NCBI RefSeq assembly: GCF_009834535.1
Contig: NC_045697.1
Coordinates: forward strand, 92,940,001-93,004,000
Source: Camelus ferus
Lineage: Eukaryota
DNA: 64,000 nt
Direction of reading: 5' to 3'
Position numbers and translations under genes: made by a program. Under the pieces are notes generated by a model. It made no database searches. It saw nothing but the letters and a program-made list of their open reading frames with translations, and was not told the origin of the DNA. Of this stretch, positions 39,475-54,150 are shown piece by piece; position 1 is the first letter of the stretch, and each line of letters opens with the position of its first letter.

Positions 39475-41354
39475 AAGCAAATGATGCACTTTTAAAGATT
39501 ATATTATCACAAAAAAGGATAATTGTCCTTATTAATACATTCTAAAAACTAAAAGGAAAATACCAGAAACCAAATAGAAAACAATTCCAAAGTGTATGAA
39601 CAGTCAGAAATACAGATGGATTACACACTTATAGAAAAACAAAAATGAAGTATATGAAAACATGTCTATGTACTCGTTATTAAACCAACTTAAAGTATCA
39701 ATAAATGTAGTATTTTCCCTACATGGTTATGAATTGGTAAAAAATCTGGAGGGTGATTTGGCCATATATGCAAATATTAAAATATGGAAAAAATAATTTT
39801 GGAAACTTATTTTCTAACATTTTATGGTATAAATATATTTCAGAGGTCTATAAAGATATAGAAATAAGAGTTATTCCGGAATGGCATTTAATTACAAAGA
39901 ACAAGAAACTGTTTAAATATTATGTATTTTATACTTGGAAGGCTGTGCATTTATTTTGAAGAAACAGTTCAATCTATAGGGATCATTTTTTCCCATAATA
40001 GGCAGAGAAGACACATTTGCACTATTTGGATATTTAATAAATTATTTTTTCATAATGTTAAAAAATTATAGAACTGAAAAGTGTAGAATATGGTTATAAA
40101 ATAGGGTCTTGCAACCTTGAATTCATTAACAATATAGCGGAAACAAATGTACTCAAAGCCATTAATACATACAGCAGTATTGTGATGTTAGAAGTCATTA
40201 CTGCCACTTGCTTGCCCATGAAAAAAAAAATTCTCACTATATTCTTCTTTAGGAAACTCTTAAAATAATGCTGTAATGGAGCTAGCCATACTTGTGTTAG
40301 AATTTAGGGTAAAATTACATTTTTAAGTTGATCATATTGTGTTAGATTAATATAGTGTCTGGCTGTCATCTAGACAATTCCTGGGACATTACTTTTTGCA
40401 AGATACCCCTGGACCTGCACAAACATGCTGTGTTACAATACAATCAATATATTATTAATGAATCGAGCCCTCCTAGCCAGATTTATATAGCTCGGAAAAT
40501 AAAAACGGGATGCTCTTTGCAACAAGAAGATATTTTTGTTTCATAATAGTAATTTGCACTTCAATTTAAGTTAATATTATTGTAATGACTTTCTTTGGAA
40601 TCATGGAGAAAATAACTACATTTCTGCTGTCAAGGGTTTAAATTACTTTTGGATGTGGCTGGACTGTGATTCTTTTAAGAATAGAATTTAATAATTTGTA
40701 AGTATAGGCATTTTTGTTGAATATAGTCTATATAGATAAATCACAGAATGCCATTATTTTAAACTGCATGTAGCTAAATGACTAAAGGCATATTACCTAC
40801 TTCCCTATAAAAGTTACTGAAGGAATCCTTAACCTCTACTAGAAATATCCATCAGGACAATTAGCTTCAGGGACTAATATTAGATCAAAGCTTGAGATTT
40901 GGGGAAATGAGTTTGTGCATAATAGCCATTCACCACCCTTCTCATTCTGCAAATTCTATCTCCAAGGTACTCTTTGCAATTATTCCAAGCAGCGATGCTT
41001 CTTTAAAAAGCAATTATACCAGCCATTAACACCATGGAAGAACAGCTCAAAGCCAACATTGGTACTTCCAGAGTAGTTAAACTTGGAAACAAAACAGAGA
41101 AAAAGGAATACCTCAAGGCTATGGTTACACTTCATCAAAATTTCAAGTGGAAATTGAACAGGTCTTGAGAATTTAAAGTATTCAAGCAACAAAATTAAAG
41201 AAAATTATGAAAACTTAACCAAGATGCATTGAAAAGAAATATTTGCCTCAGGGATATTTAACGGACTATGTGAAGCATGAAAATGCAGAGGCGTCTCAGA
41301 TTTTTGCAAAATGAAGTACACATACACACATACACACAAATCTACCCTTAACAA

Positions 41355-41592
41355 AAGTGTATCTGAATTCAAATATTGACTTTACCTCCTTAGTGCAGTG
41401 TGACTTTAGGCAAGTAACTTAATTTCTCGGTACTCAATCTCCTCATCTATAAAATAGATTAACAATGACACTGCCCTTAGAGTTGTAGACATAAGTTGAT
41501 TAATACACACAAAACTACTGAAATAGGGATTGGCACATAGTGGCACACAGTAAGTATGCTTTCTCATTGCTATTATTATTACTATTACTAAT
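41355..41592 (+). mobile_element. MIR SINE
   Basis: 'tgtgactttaggcaagtaacttaatttctcggtactcaatctcctcatctataaaat...tggcacatagt...tattattatt'. Confidence 0.9.
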
Positions 41593-42233
41593 ACTGAAGT
41601 CAGTGCCTGTTCTCTTCACTCTGTTACGGAAATGAGCATTCAGAAATGTGAGCAAAACTAAAAAGTCCTAAGAATTTAACAACAATCCTGGTTTGGAAAA
41701 CTTGGCAATCACATAGACAAAGACAGATTACATTAGTTTTTAGTACCTATATTAAGAATATTTCTTTACGGGAAAAAAAGAAGAGCATTTAAGCCGATGC
41801 CAATTTTAAAGTAAGATCTTGATCAATACACAAGGAATTGAAGTTGTAGAATTAAATTTTATTAGACATAATTTGTGTTTTGTCTTCTCTGAACATCTAA
41901 ACAAATAATTTTAGAAAGCATCTGCTGAACGTCTCATGGACACTCACACATACACACATGCCACAAACATGCAGAGACTTATCTATGCTAGTGTCCTTTG
42001 TAAGTACTCTAATTTCACATGGTTTACCTGTGTGCACTGTCCTCTAGATCAGTGCTCTTCAAACTGATGATGCATTCCATCATTAAACACCTTTGTGTAT
42101 TTCCCATATGTCTACTTACGATAAAATTATACGTGTGTGCTACTGTAATAATATGTTATGAGCATGCTAAACAAAAACCAAAAAAGGTAAAACATGAGAA
42201 AAATATAAAGTTGTTTAAATTACAGATTTTTTG

Positions 42234-42324
42234 TAGTTTTCTTTTTATTAATTTATTTATGTGTGTATTTACTTTTTTATTGAGTTATAGTCAGTTTACA
42301 ATGTTGTGCCAATTTCTAGTGTAT
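42234..42324 (-). mobile_element. Very short young L1 3' terminus with possible 9-bp TSD gattttttg
   Basis: 'ttattgagttatagtcagtttacaatgttgtgccaatttctagtgta' is the reverse complement of the young L1 terminus. gattttttg at 42225-42233 and 42325-42333. Confidence 0.8.
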
Positions 42325-43009
42325 GATTTTTTGATTCATTAACATCAATAAGTCATTTTATAATATGATTTATTGTTTTTGTAAATCTTGATTTTACATT
42401 GTGTGACGTTCCTCATTTTGAATTCTGGTTACACAGCATTGCATTTTTTTTCCCTGACATATTACATTATTAGCAAACAGGCACAATAAGGCTACGAAAA
42501 TCTCCAATTTTGGTCTTTTTAGGTGTTCTGGACACAGCTTGTTCAAACTTGACATTAAGGCAAATATGATAATATTCTAGAAGGACCATTCAGAGAACCA
42601 GGCTCCCCTGAATTCAAAGCTGGACACAGGACCAATTAGAGATTTCGGCCAGAGCACCACTTGGAAGTGCACAGGCTACAGAGCACACAGGTTCTTATAT
42701 TATCTTAATGTAAAGTAGGAGTGCAGGGATCGACGCATTTTGGTATTTGATTTTAGTGGCTATCATAGCTAAAAAAAAAGGTACTTCACCAAGATATACA
42801 TCTCCAAGTTAAAAAGGTGCATCCTTGCCTCTGTTTTTTAAAAATTAATACATGATTCTTATTTTCCAATTTTATCAATTTGAGTAATTTTTTTCTAATT
42901 CAGCAAGTATATTTTTATATTCTCGTATATTAATCATTTGTGCTTGTACACCAATAAGAATATATTCCACACATACATATGTATACACACATTTATATGC
43001 ATACACATA

Positions 43010-43011
43010 TA

Positions 43012-43067
<56 letters not shown>
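43010..43067. repeat. Compound (GT)n(AT)n(AG)n microsatellite
   Basis: Directly visible. Confidence 0.95.
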
Positions 43068-43639
43068 TGCGTATGGTAGGAAATTCTATTTTTTTTTTTA
43101 ATGTGGGAAGATAAGAGTTTTAATAGGTGATATAGTGACATTGGTTCCAATAGCAAAGTTACATAACAACAGAAATATTCCAAACTAATTTTCAAAACAT
43201 GCTTTTTATAAGTGGAGGCTTACTTGACAAAAGAAGTTACATTTTCATTAACTGTAAAAACATAATTTCACTTTGAAAAAATAGGTTACATGTATGATTT
43301 TTTTCCCAAAAGTAACTGTGAGTCATACATAAATCACTGACATATTTTCTGAAGTTAGTAAACTTGGATCTATTGTCTTTGTACAAAAGAAACATACAAT
43401 AAATGTGAAATTAATCTTTGCATTAGATCTCCTCTCTTAAAATTTTTCCATAATAGAGCCAGTGAACTTTATGTTGAAAGATATATTCACAGATTTCACA
43501 TTCCATAAAAAAGTAGAGAATATACTACATGTTGAAAATTTTCCTTTTTAAAATTGACATCATAGTTATAACAATCTGTGTGTTTTTTGCTACCATAGAT
43601 TATCTAGATTATTCTTTTAAAAAATCCTAAAAACAGATT

Positions 43640-44460
43640 CATTCTTGACTCCTTTTACTGTCTCATGAGCCACAATCAGTAAGAAAATTCTGCCAAAAGT
43701 ATATTTCTAATCTAGAATCTTATCATTTCTGCCACCACTGCTGTGGGCCAAGCCAGCTTTATGTCCTGTGTAGATCACTCCTAAGAGTCCCTAAGCCCCA
43801 TCTTTTCCACCTAAGGTCTATTCTCAACATCATAACTAGAGATCCCTTGAAAAATTATGTCTGATGACACTTCTGTTCAAGAGGAAAAACCCTTCAAAAG
43901 ATTGCGCCACTCAGAGTAAAATCAAAGTTTGTAGAAGGATCTAAAGGCACTATACATTCTGGGCCCCTAGAACCTTCCCAGGGTGTCTCTTGCCCCAGCA
44001 GAGTTTCAAGGCTGCGCTGGCCCTCATGCCATTACTCAGATGTGCTCTGAGCAAGACACAGCTTCAGCCTTTGAACTTGCTGTTCCCTTCTCCTGGAAAA
44101 TAGCCGTGTGTGAAGGATTCGTTCCTTCACTTCTTTTGGGCCTTTGTTCGAGTGTCACCTTCTTAAAATACACGCACACACACCCCACCATTTAAGAAAT
44201 AGTATATATACATCAGTCCTCACCCCAACTAGGGCTCTCTATTTCTTGTTCTTGCTTGTTTTTATTCTATGGCACTCATTAATCTGTGACATACTCCATA
44301 TTTTATTTATTTATTGGCATATATTCTGTCTCCCTTACCCAGTGTGAGTCCCATGAAGGTGGGAATTTCTGTCTCCTTTGTCCAATGCTGTATCTCCGGC
44401 TTCAAATTCCTTGAAAGCTAGTCCATGGAAGGCAGTAAATCAATTCTCATTTAAAGAATC
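43640..44460 (+). mobile_element. L2 LINE 3' region
   Basis: L2 motifs 'cattcttgactcct', 'tctattctcaaca', 'cactcagagtaaaatcaaag', 'gcctttgaacttgctgttcccttctcctggaa' and 'agtcccatgaaggtggg'. Confidence 0.85.
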
Positions 44461-46052
44461 AATCGATTCATTTTAACTATTCTACTAAAACCCCATGACC
44501 TTTTCTCAGAATTTTTCAAGACTAGCAAAATGGCTATTCCATTTGTGGTTAAAATTATGTAGTTTTTCTTAATGTAAAATACGTTTTTTCAAGGTATTAA
44601 CTTTAAACTGCATCTGACTAGTATATCTTTCTTCACTGGTCGGAAAAACAGTACTTTTTTATATATTTTGTTTTAGTAACAATGTTGTGAAAACCACAAT
44701 ATAAGACATAGTAGAAACTTGTGTATGTCCATCCAATTTTGCAGCAATGTTCCTGAACTTTGAAATATGTTATAAAGCATGTTTGCTTTCAGATCTTCAG
44801 CAGTGTTTCCCAAGCATCCTCTGACAGCATTTCTGACAACTGAATGAACTCTGTCTCAATCCTACAGTGTTTTGTATGTTTTATTTGAGCTGTTTTATCA
44901 TGGCAAGAAGAACAAGTGTTATTTTGATGGGGTATTAGAATTTCACTTTCAAATAAGAAATTTCAGAAGAACCATCTTTGCCATTGAGGATATTTTTACA
45001 GAATATTGTGTGAAAAACGTAGACTGACTTGCTGAAAAGTAATTGTAGAATTTGCTTTTCATATGTTGGACACAGTTTTTAAATATCTTGTTCATAATGA
45101 AAACTTAATCATTATCTGTGATTTCTAACCGCATTGGGACTTACGGCATGTATCCATCATTAATAATATGAATCTGTATAAAGACTTATATTTAATAGTT
45201 TATTATAATTCTAAGCTCTTCAAATTTTTTTTCAGTTCTATTGTACTTTATGTTATTTTTATGCTATGTACTTTTATTAGGAAAAGAAAAAGTCAACTCG
45301 AGCCCTTTCTTATGTGCACTTCTGCCTAACTTAGTATTTATTTTTCTTCACAAATATAATTTTAGTCATTTTGTAAGCATTGTCTTAGTTAAACATAGTT
45401 GAACAAAATAATATAAATTTGAATTCATGTAATCAAGTTTACTGAAGATGTATTATCTTATAATATGCTATCGCAAAATGAGTTTGTTCATAGATTTGTA
45501 TACTAAATACCCTCAACTTTTTTAGGATCCCTAGTACATTGCATGTCAGAGGTGATCACATGACATATAGACCTAATGAGAAGAAGAGTCAATTTGTGTA
45601 TCAAAATATACATAGGAAGTTTAATATTCTGCACCTGTGTCATAAGAGAAAATCTTGCAAACTACTTGGCAAAGGATATTTTCCACCACAGGGACCACTG
45701 ATCTTGACTGTAAACTTCTTAGAGAAAATGCACAATGACCCATTTATTGGATCAATAGCACAGAACAGAATAGCTGCTTGCAATGGTAGTATGCAGTTAA
45801 TGATTACTTGCTGAATAAAGGCATTTAAGCATTTATGTACCAGATACCATGAAATATTATTTCACCAAAGTATTAATGATAATATAGCTTTTATTTAATA
45901 AATTACTTTGAAAAATAAAACTCAAACTCAGCAATAATATAGTTAGCTTGCTCAAATCAGACACTAGTTTACAAAATCATGCTTTGAACCAAGATTTCCA
46001 GGGGCATCAGATATACATTCCTGTATGTATATTTGCAATCATCTTTATTCTA

Positions 46053-46650
46053 CACCACCGTGTTCACAGCAGCATTATTCACAATAGTCAAGACATGCAG
46101 ACTAAATGTCCATCAACAGATGAATAGATATATGAAACTGTTATATATGTATATACAATGAAACATTATTCAGCCATAAGGTAGGAAATTTTGCCATTCG
46201 CAATTACACGGATAGATCTTGAAGGCACATGATAAGTGAAATAAGTCCAACAGGGAAAGACAGACACTGTATGATCTCACTTATGTATGAAATCTTAAAG
46301 TTGAACTCATGGACACAGACAGCAGAATGGTGGTTGCTAGCGGGTAGGAGGGTAGGGCTAATGGGAAGATGTTGGTTAAAGGGTACAAAATCCCAGCTAT
46401 AACATGAATAAATCTATGATATGGTGACTACAGTTAACAGTACTGAATTATATACTTGAAAGTTGCTGAGAGTAGATTTTAAATGTGCTCATCACACACA
46501 CAAATGGTCATTATGTGAGATGATGGAGGTATTAACTAGTCTTATTCTGGTAATCATTTTGTAATGTATGTGTATCAAATCATCACCTTGTACATCTTTA
46601 GCTTAAACAATGTTATATGTCAATTATATCTCAGTAAAGCTTGGGAGGAA
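46053..46650 (+). mobile_element. L1MA-like (about L1MA9) 3' end
   Basis: 'tgttcacagcagcattattcacaatagtcaag' through 'ggtacaaaatcccagctataa' to 'atgttatatgtcaattatatctcagtaaagc'. Confidence 0.9.
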
Positions 46651-48439
46651 AGAAGCATTCAAAGTGTTCCACCACAACACTAAACTTCTGACTACATGCA
46701 TAACTGGTATAATCATTTTCATTAATATAGAAAATTATTTGAATCCAATAAAAGCAGTTAACAACCAACCAACCAACAATAAATATTTACTCAATGCCTA
46801 ATTATTGTTGGTGTTTAAGCTAGGAAAATATTTTTTTCTCTTTTTATGAAAACAGAGAAATGCCATTATTAATTGCTTCTGAAGTGTCTACTGTAATTTT
46901 ATATATTCTTAGCACTATATAATTAGTTTTTATACTTCAAATACTTGAACCTCTTGAGATATATAATCTGTACTGGCAGTTAAAGTCTTTTATTTATTGA
47001 ACAGTAGGAAAGGGTGACATGGACAGAGTTTCCTGCCAATACACTTTACTGCTGATATTAGAAACAGAGTGTGTGTGGACAGAAGAGAATTCCAACATGG
47101 AACATCCCTTATTGTTTGCCAAGTTCCTCATAGGCTGCTAATCACTACCTGACAACGATTCAATGAAAAGTGAAGTCAGACCACCAAACTATTTCATATG
47201 TCACAGCCTATTGAGCAGCTGCCAAACATTAAACACCAGATGTCTTCATTGACCTAGGCTGGACTGAAAGCAGAGAATGGATAGCAATGACTTTAGCTCA
47301 TGTCCAGATTTTCCTAAACCAGTTTAGACACAACTACACACACATTTATAAAACTCAGCTAAGCTGTAGGGACAAAATATTATAATTTCTATTTATATTT
47401 TATCTAAAGTTTAAGATATATGTTTATTTACAAACACACATATGCACATGTGTGTGGATGTAATGAATACTGAGATTTTGTAAAATGGCGGTTAGAGCTA
47501 TCACTACTCTATATAAGACATAAATAAAAAGGTAACTTAAAAAGTAGGTGGCAATCATGATATATTTCATGAAATGAATGTTTATGTTTGCTATTTTAAA
47601 GTACTATATAAAACTAGGAAATGGTGCTTATAAATACATGTCTGTATGCACACACACATTTCATAATACATAAGGAGAGACTTCAGTAATCCATAATATT
47701 ATAGTTTTTATTAGCTTTTTATAGAATGAACTTCAATTTCTAAATGCAGTATGTAGTAGCTACTGCTATATCCAACCTTGCAGCGAATTTCTGGAACTTA
47801 CATACATATATAATTACAGCCACATCAGAAGTGAGGAAAGAGACTGGAGGGGCAAAAAATCATGAGCACCCATTTAAGCAAGTAAACTAGCTTGACTCAT
47901 ATTTGAAATAAAAATTGCAGCTTAAGGGAAGAAGCACTGACCCATAACATGCTTAAGATGGTGGAGTCAGTAGCAAGCAATGATCTGGGGGTAATTTAGG
48001 GTGATTAACTGATGTGCAGGGACGGGAACAGGCAAAAGTTCACACATCCATCCACCTTGAGTCACAGAGCAACCTGCAAGGGTCTGCCTCTGAGAGTGTA
48101 CCAAGAAAGGGGGAGCTTCAGTCTGGGAGGAAGAGCAGGGCTCCATGTGTCTGATCACAGAGCAAAGGGAAGCATTATACCCAGAAGGGCAGCCCCTGAG
48201 GTGCCTTCCAATGGTGAGTGGATAGCATGTGTCACAGGCAGATTTATAATGATGTTCCCCAAGATTCCTCTGGTATCTGACTTCTAAACCCCTAAAACAT
48301 TGGATATAATACATCAATGGACAAAGCTGAGAACAATCATAATGACACAAGGCTTAAAAATTCCCCAAAACTGGGAGTACCATGGTCCAGTTCAGTGGAA
48401 AGTAAAAGATATAAAAGTAAAATAAGGAAGACGAGATGG

Positions 48440-48521
48440 AAATGTGAGAAGTGGTCATATACTTAGATTCCCTCTCTAAATGTGAGAAGTGGTCATATAC
48501 TTAGATTCCCTCTCTAAATGT
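48440..48521. repeat. Perfect 38-bp tandem duplication
   Basis: aaatgtgagaagtggtcatatacttagattccctctct at 48440-48477 and 48478-48515, followed by aaatgt. Confidence 0.97.
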
Positions 48522-49664
48522 AATCCACAGGGCAGGTGCCTTTCTTCTGCATAGAAAGAGATGTGTAGAGTTATTCTCTAGAAAGGGTAAAATGGACAGT
48601 GTTTGAACTGCTGAATGTCAAGAGAGTTGAGGGCATGAGTGATTTACTAAAAACTGAACAATGTAGTGAATTAATGGTATGAATGCAGAAACCTGAACAC
48701 TCTTCCTCCATTTACTCTCCAGAACACTTTAAGAAGGATGCTAGAAAACAGTTCTGGAAAATTAAAGAGCAAACACTTAGATACTGGCTTCTTATCTTGG
48801 TGTAACCCCAAAGCAATCCACTGAGATCACTCTCCAGGAAAACAAAACGTCGACAAGTCCAACAGATACACTTTGAGTTTCCAAATATATATCAGTCCCC
48901 CATTCTTAATCGTAGACAGATACCAAAAAATATAACATTTTTCAGAAATAGCTTGTAACAAGAAACAGTAAAACTCAAACAAACAAATGGGGAGACAAGG
49001 CAACTTAGAGGGAACAAAGAAATTATGAAATAATCTTGAGACACTTTCTTTAAGAGAGAAATTCTTTTTAGAGAAGTGTATGGGCTACTAGATGAAGAGC
49101 AATAAAGAAAATAAAATCCCATTAAAGAACCATACAATATCATAGTACACTGATTCCTAATCAAGTAGTGTAGATAATTAGTGCAAGAACAATTATAGAA
49201 AGGCCTGTCTATCACTGAATGTGACTGGGAAAACTTATAAAGAGCACAGTTGAGGTCAAACTCAAAGCAGAGTGGTATTTTCCCATGAGATGCTGACCAT
49301 TAAGATATGTCTTTAAGAGAAATGGAAATGTCCCTGGTTAAATGAAGTTAACATTTCTCCATACTTTTACTGTAACAAGACTCATCAATAATTTTCAAAG
49401 GAAGAATATTTTATGCCACATTTCCCTAATTTTACTAATATTTTTTCCTTTTTTTTTTCCCCTATGGAATACTTGCCTAAGGAGTGAGGAAGGACTCATG
49501 ACTCTTACGATGCACGGCTAGAAAGATGGGGGACAAGTAGTGATGAACATGCCTATGTTCCCATGTCCCAGTGCAAAGTACCAGCTGGTAGCAAGCATGA
49601 AGATTTTATTTGAAAAGATTTGGGAAAATTACATATAACTGGACATTTTTATAATGAATATGTC

Positions 49665-49738
49665 TCTCTATCTGTCTCTCTATCTATCTATCTATCTATC
49701 TACCTATCTATCTATCTATCCCCAGATCTATCTATCTA
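49665..49738. repeat. (TCTA)n tetranucleotide microsatellite
   Basis: Directly visible, imperfect. Confidence 0.9.
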
Positions 49739-50819
49739 TAATTGGTTCTGGTGCCTAGAGAAGACTAAAATATTTTCAATACCCTAGAGTAAGCAATGAG
49801 CTTGAATAGACAATGGTACAAACAGCAAAGTAACTTTCTGCTTAGATGCTGTAGTCTGGCTCTTCTAAATTAATGGTTCTATCTGTACAGCAAAAATCCT
49901 ATCAGACATTTGTGTCCTATTTTCCTTCCTATCTTACGGAAAACTGAACCGAAGCAAGATTTTAGCAAATGTCTGGTTGTTTGTTCATTGGACCACACAA
50001 TGCTGTAATTATTTAAAAAACAAAAGTCTGCAGTTGCTCGTGGCAGGGAGGAACTTGTTTAAGTATTTATGATTTCTTTTTCAGTGGTGGTGCCCTATGC
50101 CAGTTGCAATAGGTCTAATACGTTGTTTAGCACACTGATGGAAAAGAATGAACTCCATTTGCTTCTCTCGAAGTATGTAGAGTGCAGCTGGGACTGGACC
50201 AGGGACTGGGCAGCAATACTGCTCCATCAGAACTGCAATAGCCTCTTTTTCAATGAACTTCTGATAGGAGATCAGCTATTAAATCCTGAAGATTTTCACG
50301 TTAAGTTTAACTATATAAAACCACTTTGGATCTTCACCATATGTGAAATATGTTCATTTATGTTTTGAAGCTCCAATTTTAATACTTATTTACTCAAAGC
50401 TATTGATCATGTCAGATTATATTTAAAAATCTATTAAAAATCTATATATTGTATAACAAAGAGGCATGCCTTAAACCTATGATTCAAAAACTGTCTTAAA
50501 ATGCAGCCTACAAGAAAACGTCTAACCCTTTCAAATTAATATCCATTTATTTCTCTCACAACATATAGAACCAACTATTATTGCATACATGAAAACCTAA
50601 GAGAAGTATAAGGAAAATAATTTTATATTTATGAAAAATAAATCTTTTATAAGATGCATTTTAGGTTTATTTTAATCTTAACTATAAATATAAAGTAACA
50701 TCCAAAGTCAGGCCAAATGATCAGTTTCTTAATGTTTATAGTTAACACTATCAATCTTATAAAGTATACTTTTGGTGGATTGATATTTCCCCAAATGGTG
50801 CAAAACTGATAGAATCTTC

Positions 50820-51400
50820 CCCTCTCACTATGAAGAAGAAAGCAGAATACCAGCTGGGCCTTTTGAGTTCCAGAGGCAGCTTATTCCACACTTGAAAATA
50901 TGGCTCCAGATTATAAACCCAATAAAATATGTCATCCAGTGGGTTCTGAAACAGGAAAGTGCTCAGTCTGTGACAGAAGCAGCTCTGCCCCTTGGGAATA
51001 TTGACTCAGTAGACTACAATCTGAGAGGTACCAGGAACTGGAAAAACTGTTGCATGTCAGTTACAACAAGCCCTAGGAAGAAAACCAAAATGGCTTTTGA
51101 GGCTCTGAAGTCAATGCAGACCATCTGTAGCACAGAATTAAATACTGTTTGGAAAACAACTTCCAGCATGGCCTAGAAGACGTGCAGCCCTTAAACCCAG
51201 AACATCAAGTGGCTATGTATCTAGAACTGACTATCATAAACTAGATCCTGTCCTGGCCCCTAAATCATAAGATCAGGCAGACTCAGGAGAAATCCATCAC
51301 ACGTTAGCCACTGCACTTCTGTAATCAGCAGGTGACAGATCAAGGTGCATGAGCACGATTCCCTGACACTTGCCATTCACTAATGTTTCAGTAACACCAA
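50820..51400 (+). mobile_element. ERVL/MaLR pol (RT-connection/RNase H region) remnant
   Basis: 'aagaagaaagcagaataccagctgggccttttgagttccagaggcagcttattccacacttg' resembles KKEAQRLVGLFGFWRQHIPHL. 'catcaagtggctatgtatctagaactgactatcataaactagatc...cataagatcaggcagactcag' resembles HQVTMRPELPIMNWV...HKVGRAQ. Confidence 0.75.
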
Positions 51401-51711
51401 AATCCTCCCACATCCACACCTACAGAGCAGGAAAACCCAAGTGAGGATTCCCACAGCATGGAGGACAGCAAAGATGTAACACCAACCACAAGAAGTAGGA
51501 GCCTACAGACCTGCACCTGCTGCGTCTTGTATGGGTTCTGAGTTGCCAAGAAGAACTCAACACATAGGGATGGAGATAGAGATTAATGGAAGGAAACAGA
51601 CCGCCCAGAATGAAGCTCAAACATATATGTTGAATTGAATTGGACAAATGTTCCAAATGACAATGTTTTCAATGAGAAAATTAAGAAAAACAAGCAGTGA
51701 AACTTGACCCT

Positions 51712-52233
51712 TGTCAGGAAGGAAGAGAATTTTACCCTTCTAGGTTCTTCTGGCTGGTCTAAGAATTAACTTGAAATGAGGCATATTAACAGGAGAAAAA
51801 TTAGATTTACTTTTGTACATATGGGAACTTCATATACATGAGAGGGTGAGAGGGTCAGAGACCTCACATACACGAGAGGTTCACAGACAGAAAGGTACAA
51901 TGAGGTACACATGCCTTCCTGAGCTAAGGGGTGGGGTAGGAGCCCGGGGCTTCCAAAGGCAGGAGGGTCATTCACAGGACAATAAGAAAAAGAGCAAAAC
52001 TTGATAAATAGATGTTTGCCCTGCTAAATAGATGGGGCCACTTACGTAACATTTATCTCTGGTAATAACTTTTTCTAAAAAAAATAAAAATCTCTAGTTT
52101 AAATTCTTCTATGTATTTGAAGGAAAAGCAGTCATTTCTCTTGAGCCCACAGGGTCACCACTGCCTGTAGCTCAAAATAATCCACATGTCAAATCAGCAG
52201 ATCTTGGGGAGGCTTGTTCCTTACAGGCGTACA
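51712..52233 (-). mobile_element. ERV1-like solo LTR inserted in an old L1
   Basis: tgt...aca ends with near-TSD ccct/cctt. LTR-like motifs 'ctggctggtctaagaattaa' and 'ctcaaaataatccacatgtcaaa'. L1 sequence lies on both sides. Confidence 0.7.
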
Positions 52234-53350
52234 CCTTAACTCACATGAAAATCACCTGACTAGGGGTCATAGAAATCGAGACAAAAACTAAAAGCATTAA
52301 ACTTCCAGATACAAAGAGGTGAGAAAATATTTGAGATCTTGGGGTAGAACAAGAGTTCATAAATAAGACACAAAATGCACAAAGCACAAACAATTGGTTA
52401 ACTGGACTTTAGGGAGATTAAACATTGCTTTTCTAAAAATACCATTAAGGAAAAGGAAAGGGAAAAACTCTTCCTATACATGCATTTGGAAAAGCTTTAT
52501 CCAGAATATATAAAGAAAGTTCACAGCTCACAAAGAAGACAATTAAATGTTTTAAATAGAAAAAAAAAAAAATCAAGCAATACTTCACCAAAGAAGATAT
52601 TCAAATGGCTCTAAATTCCATGAAAAGATGCCTAACCCTACTGTTAATCAGGGGCATGCACCTTACAGCACACTGAGCTGCCTCCTGCACAGTGATTAGA
52701 AGAATTGTGCTATGAAAGCCTCACAGTGCCAAGAGCTGCCCAGGATTGGGAGCGACACTGCTGGTGGAAATACAGACATTACAATCATTTCACTAATCTG
52801 TCAGTTTCCTCTTTCATTATACACTTACCATATGGGCCAGTGATTTTATTCCTAAATATTTACTAAAATAAGCAATACAAAAGAATGTCTACACAAAGAC
52901 ATAAATATTTTTAGCAGCTTTTTTCATAATAGTCCCAGAATGGCTATGACCCACCCATATGCCGCTCAACTGGGAAATGGGTAAACAACGGAATGCTACT
53001 TTGCAGTATAAAGGAAAATACCGATAAACAGAACAACATATAGGTATCTCAAGAGCATCCAGCGGAATGAAGATGCTACACAAATGGTATGTATTTTGTG
53101 ATTCCATTTATAGAAAAAAATTTAGAAGTAATTTAGTTGATAGTAAATAGAAAGTAAATCTGCATGTGTCTGAAATATAGGATCATGATCAACCAAGGAG
53201 GGGAACAACAGATGTGGTGATGGGACTATTTTAAATCTTTCACATACTGGTGTTTAACTAAGTGTATTTATTTGTTAAAACTCATCAAACAGTACCATAA
53301 AATCAGTTGCATTTATGTTTTGTACATCATACTTCGAATACAGTTGATTC
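52234..53350 (+). mobile_element. Old L1M ORF2 3' end and UTR (continues from about 51650-51711)
   Basis: 'tatccagaatatataaagaa', 'acttcaccaaagaagatattcaaatggc' and 'catgaaaagatgc'. UTR ends 'tttgttaaaactcatcaaac...tacttcgaatacagttgat'. Confidence 0.8.
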
Positions 53351-53849
53351 ATCAAGTGATAACTTGATATGTGCCATCTTCCAAAAGTTTTCTGGAGGAG
53401 TTGAGTTATTGAGAAACATACTGCAAACACAAATCACTGTTTTTATATAACATAAATATAGTCCCTTTAAAAATGCATTCAAAATAGGAGGATAACTACA
53501 AATTGAAACAGGACTGAGGAAATACTATATTCTTTATTATTTAAAAAAATTTTGTAAGATTGAATTAAATACCTTATACTGTTCACTGCAATTACTAAAT
53601 TGGTAAATTTGCTTTTAAAATTGCCCAAAACCCCTTCTATAAAACAGTTTGCTTATCATACAGGTGTTGATACCTCTCCCGTGTCCAAAAAATGTGGTTT
53701 TGAATTCTATTGTATGTGATTATGTAGGATATGTGAGATGATAAATGAAAATATGAGATCATTCTTTCCACCATCAGAGCAACAGTTCAGTGAAACAATC
53801 ATATGCTCCAAATTTGTTCACTTCTTTAAATATATATACATATATATGC

Positions 53850-54150
53850 ATGAGTTAATGCATTAAACAAAAAGTTACAGAGAACCTGCTATGTACCAAA
53901 AACCATACTAGGCACTGGGCATTTCCAAGAGAGACTCCCGTGAAATCTATATTCCTGGATTTTGTAGTCAAGGTCAGACAGTACATGAGTAAGCAAGTAA
54001 TTTTAATATGGTGTAATAAACGATAGGACAGTGGTGGCTGGGGATCTCACTTAGAGGAGGCCTTAGATCGAGTGTGGAGGCTTCAAGCCCAGCACTAAAT
54101 GCATAGGCAAATTAGCCAGATTAAGAGTAAAGAGGGTATCCTGGCAAGAG
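53850..54150 (-). mobile_element. L2 3' fragment
   Basis: 'gaacctgctatgtaccaaaaaccatactaggcactggg'. Confidence 0.55.

Noticed and set aside
47967..48350. Overlapping ORFs of 127 aa and 91 aa
   Set aside because: No recognisable domains. Probably degenerate repeat or non-coding DNA.
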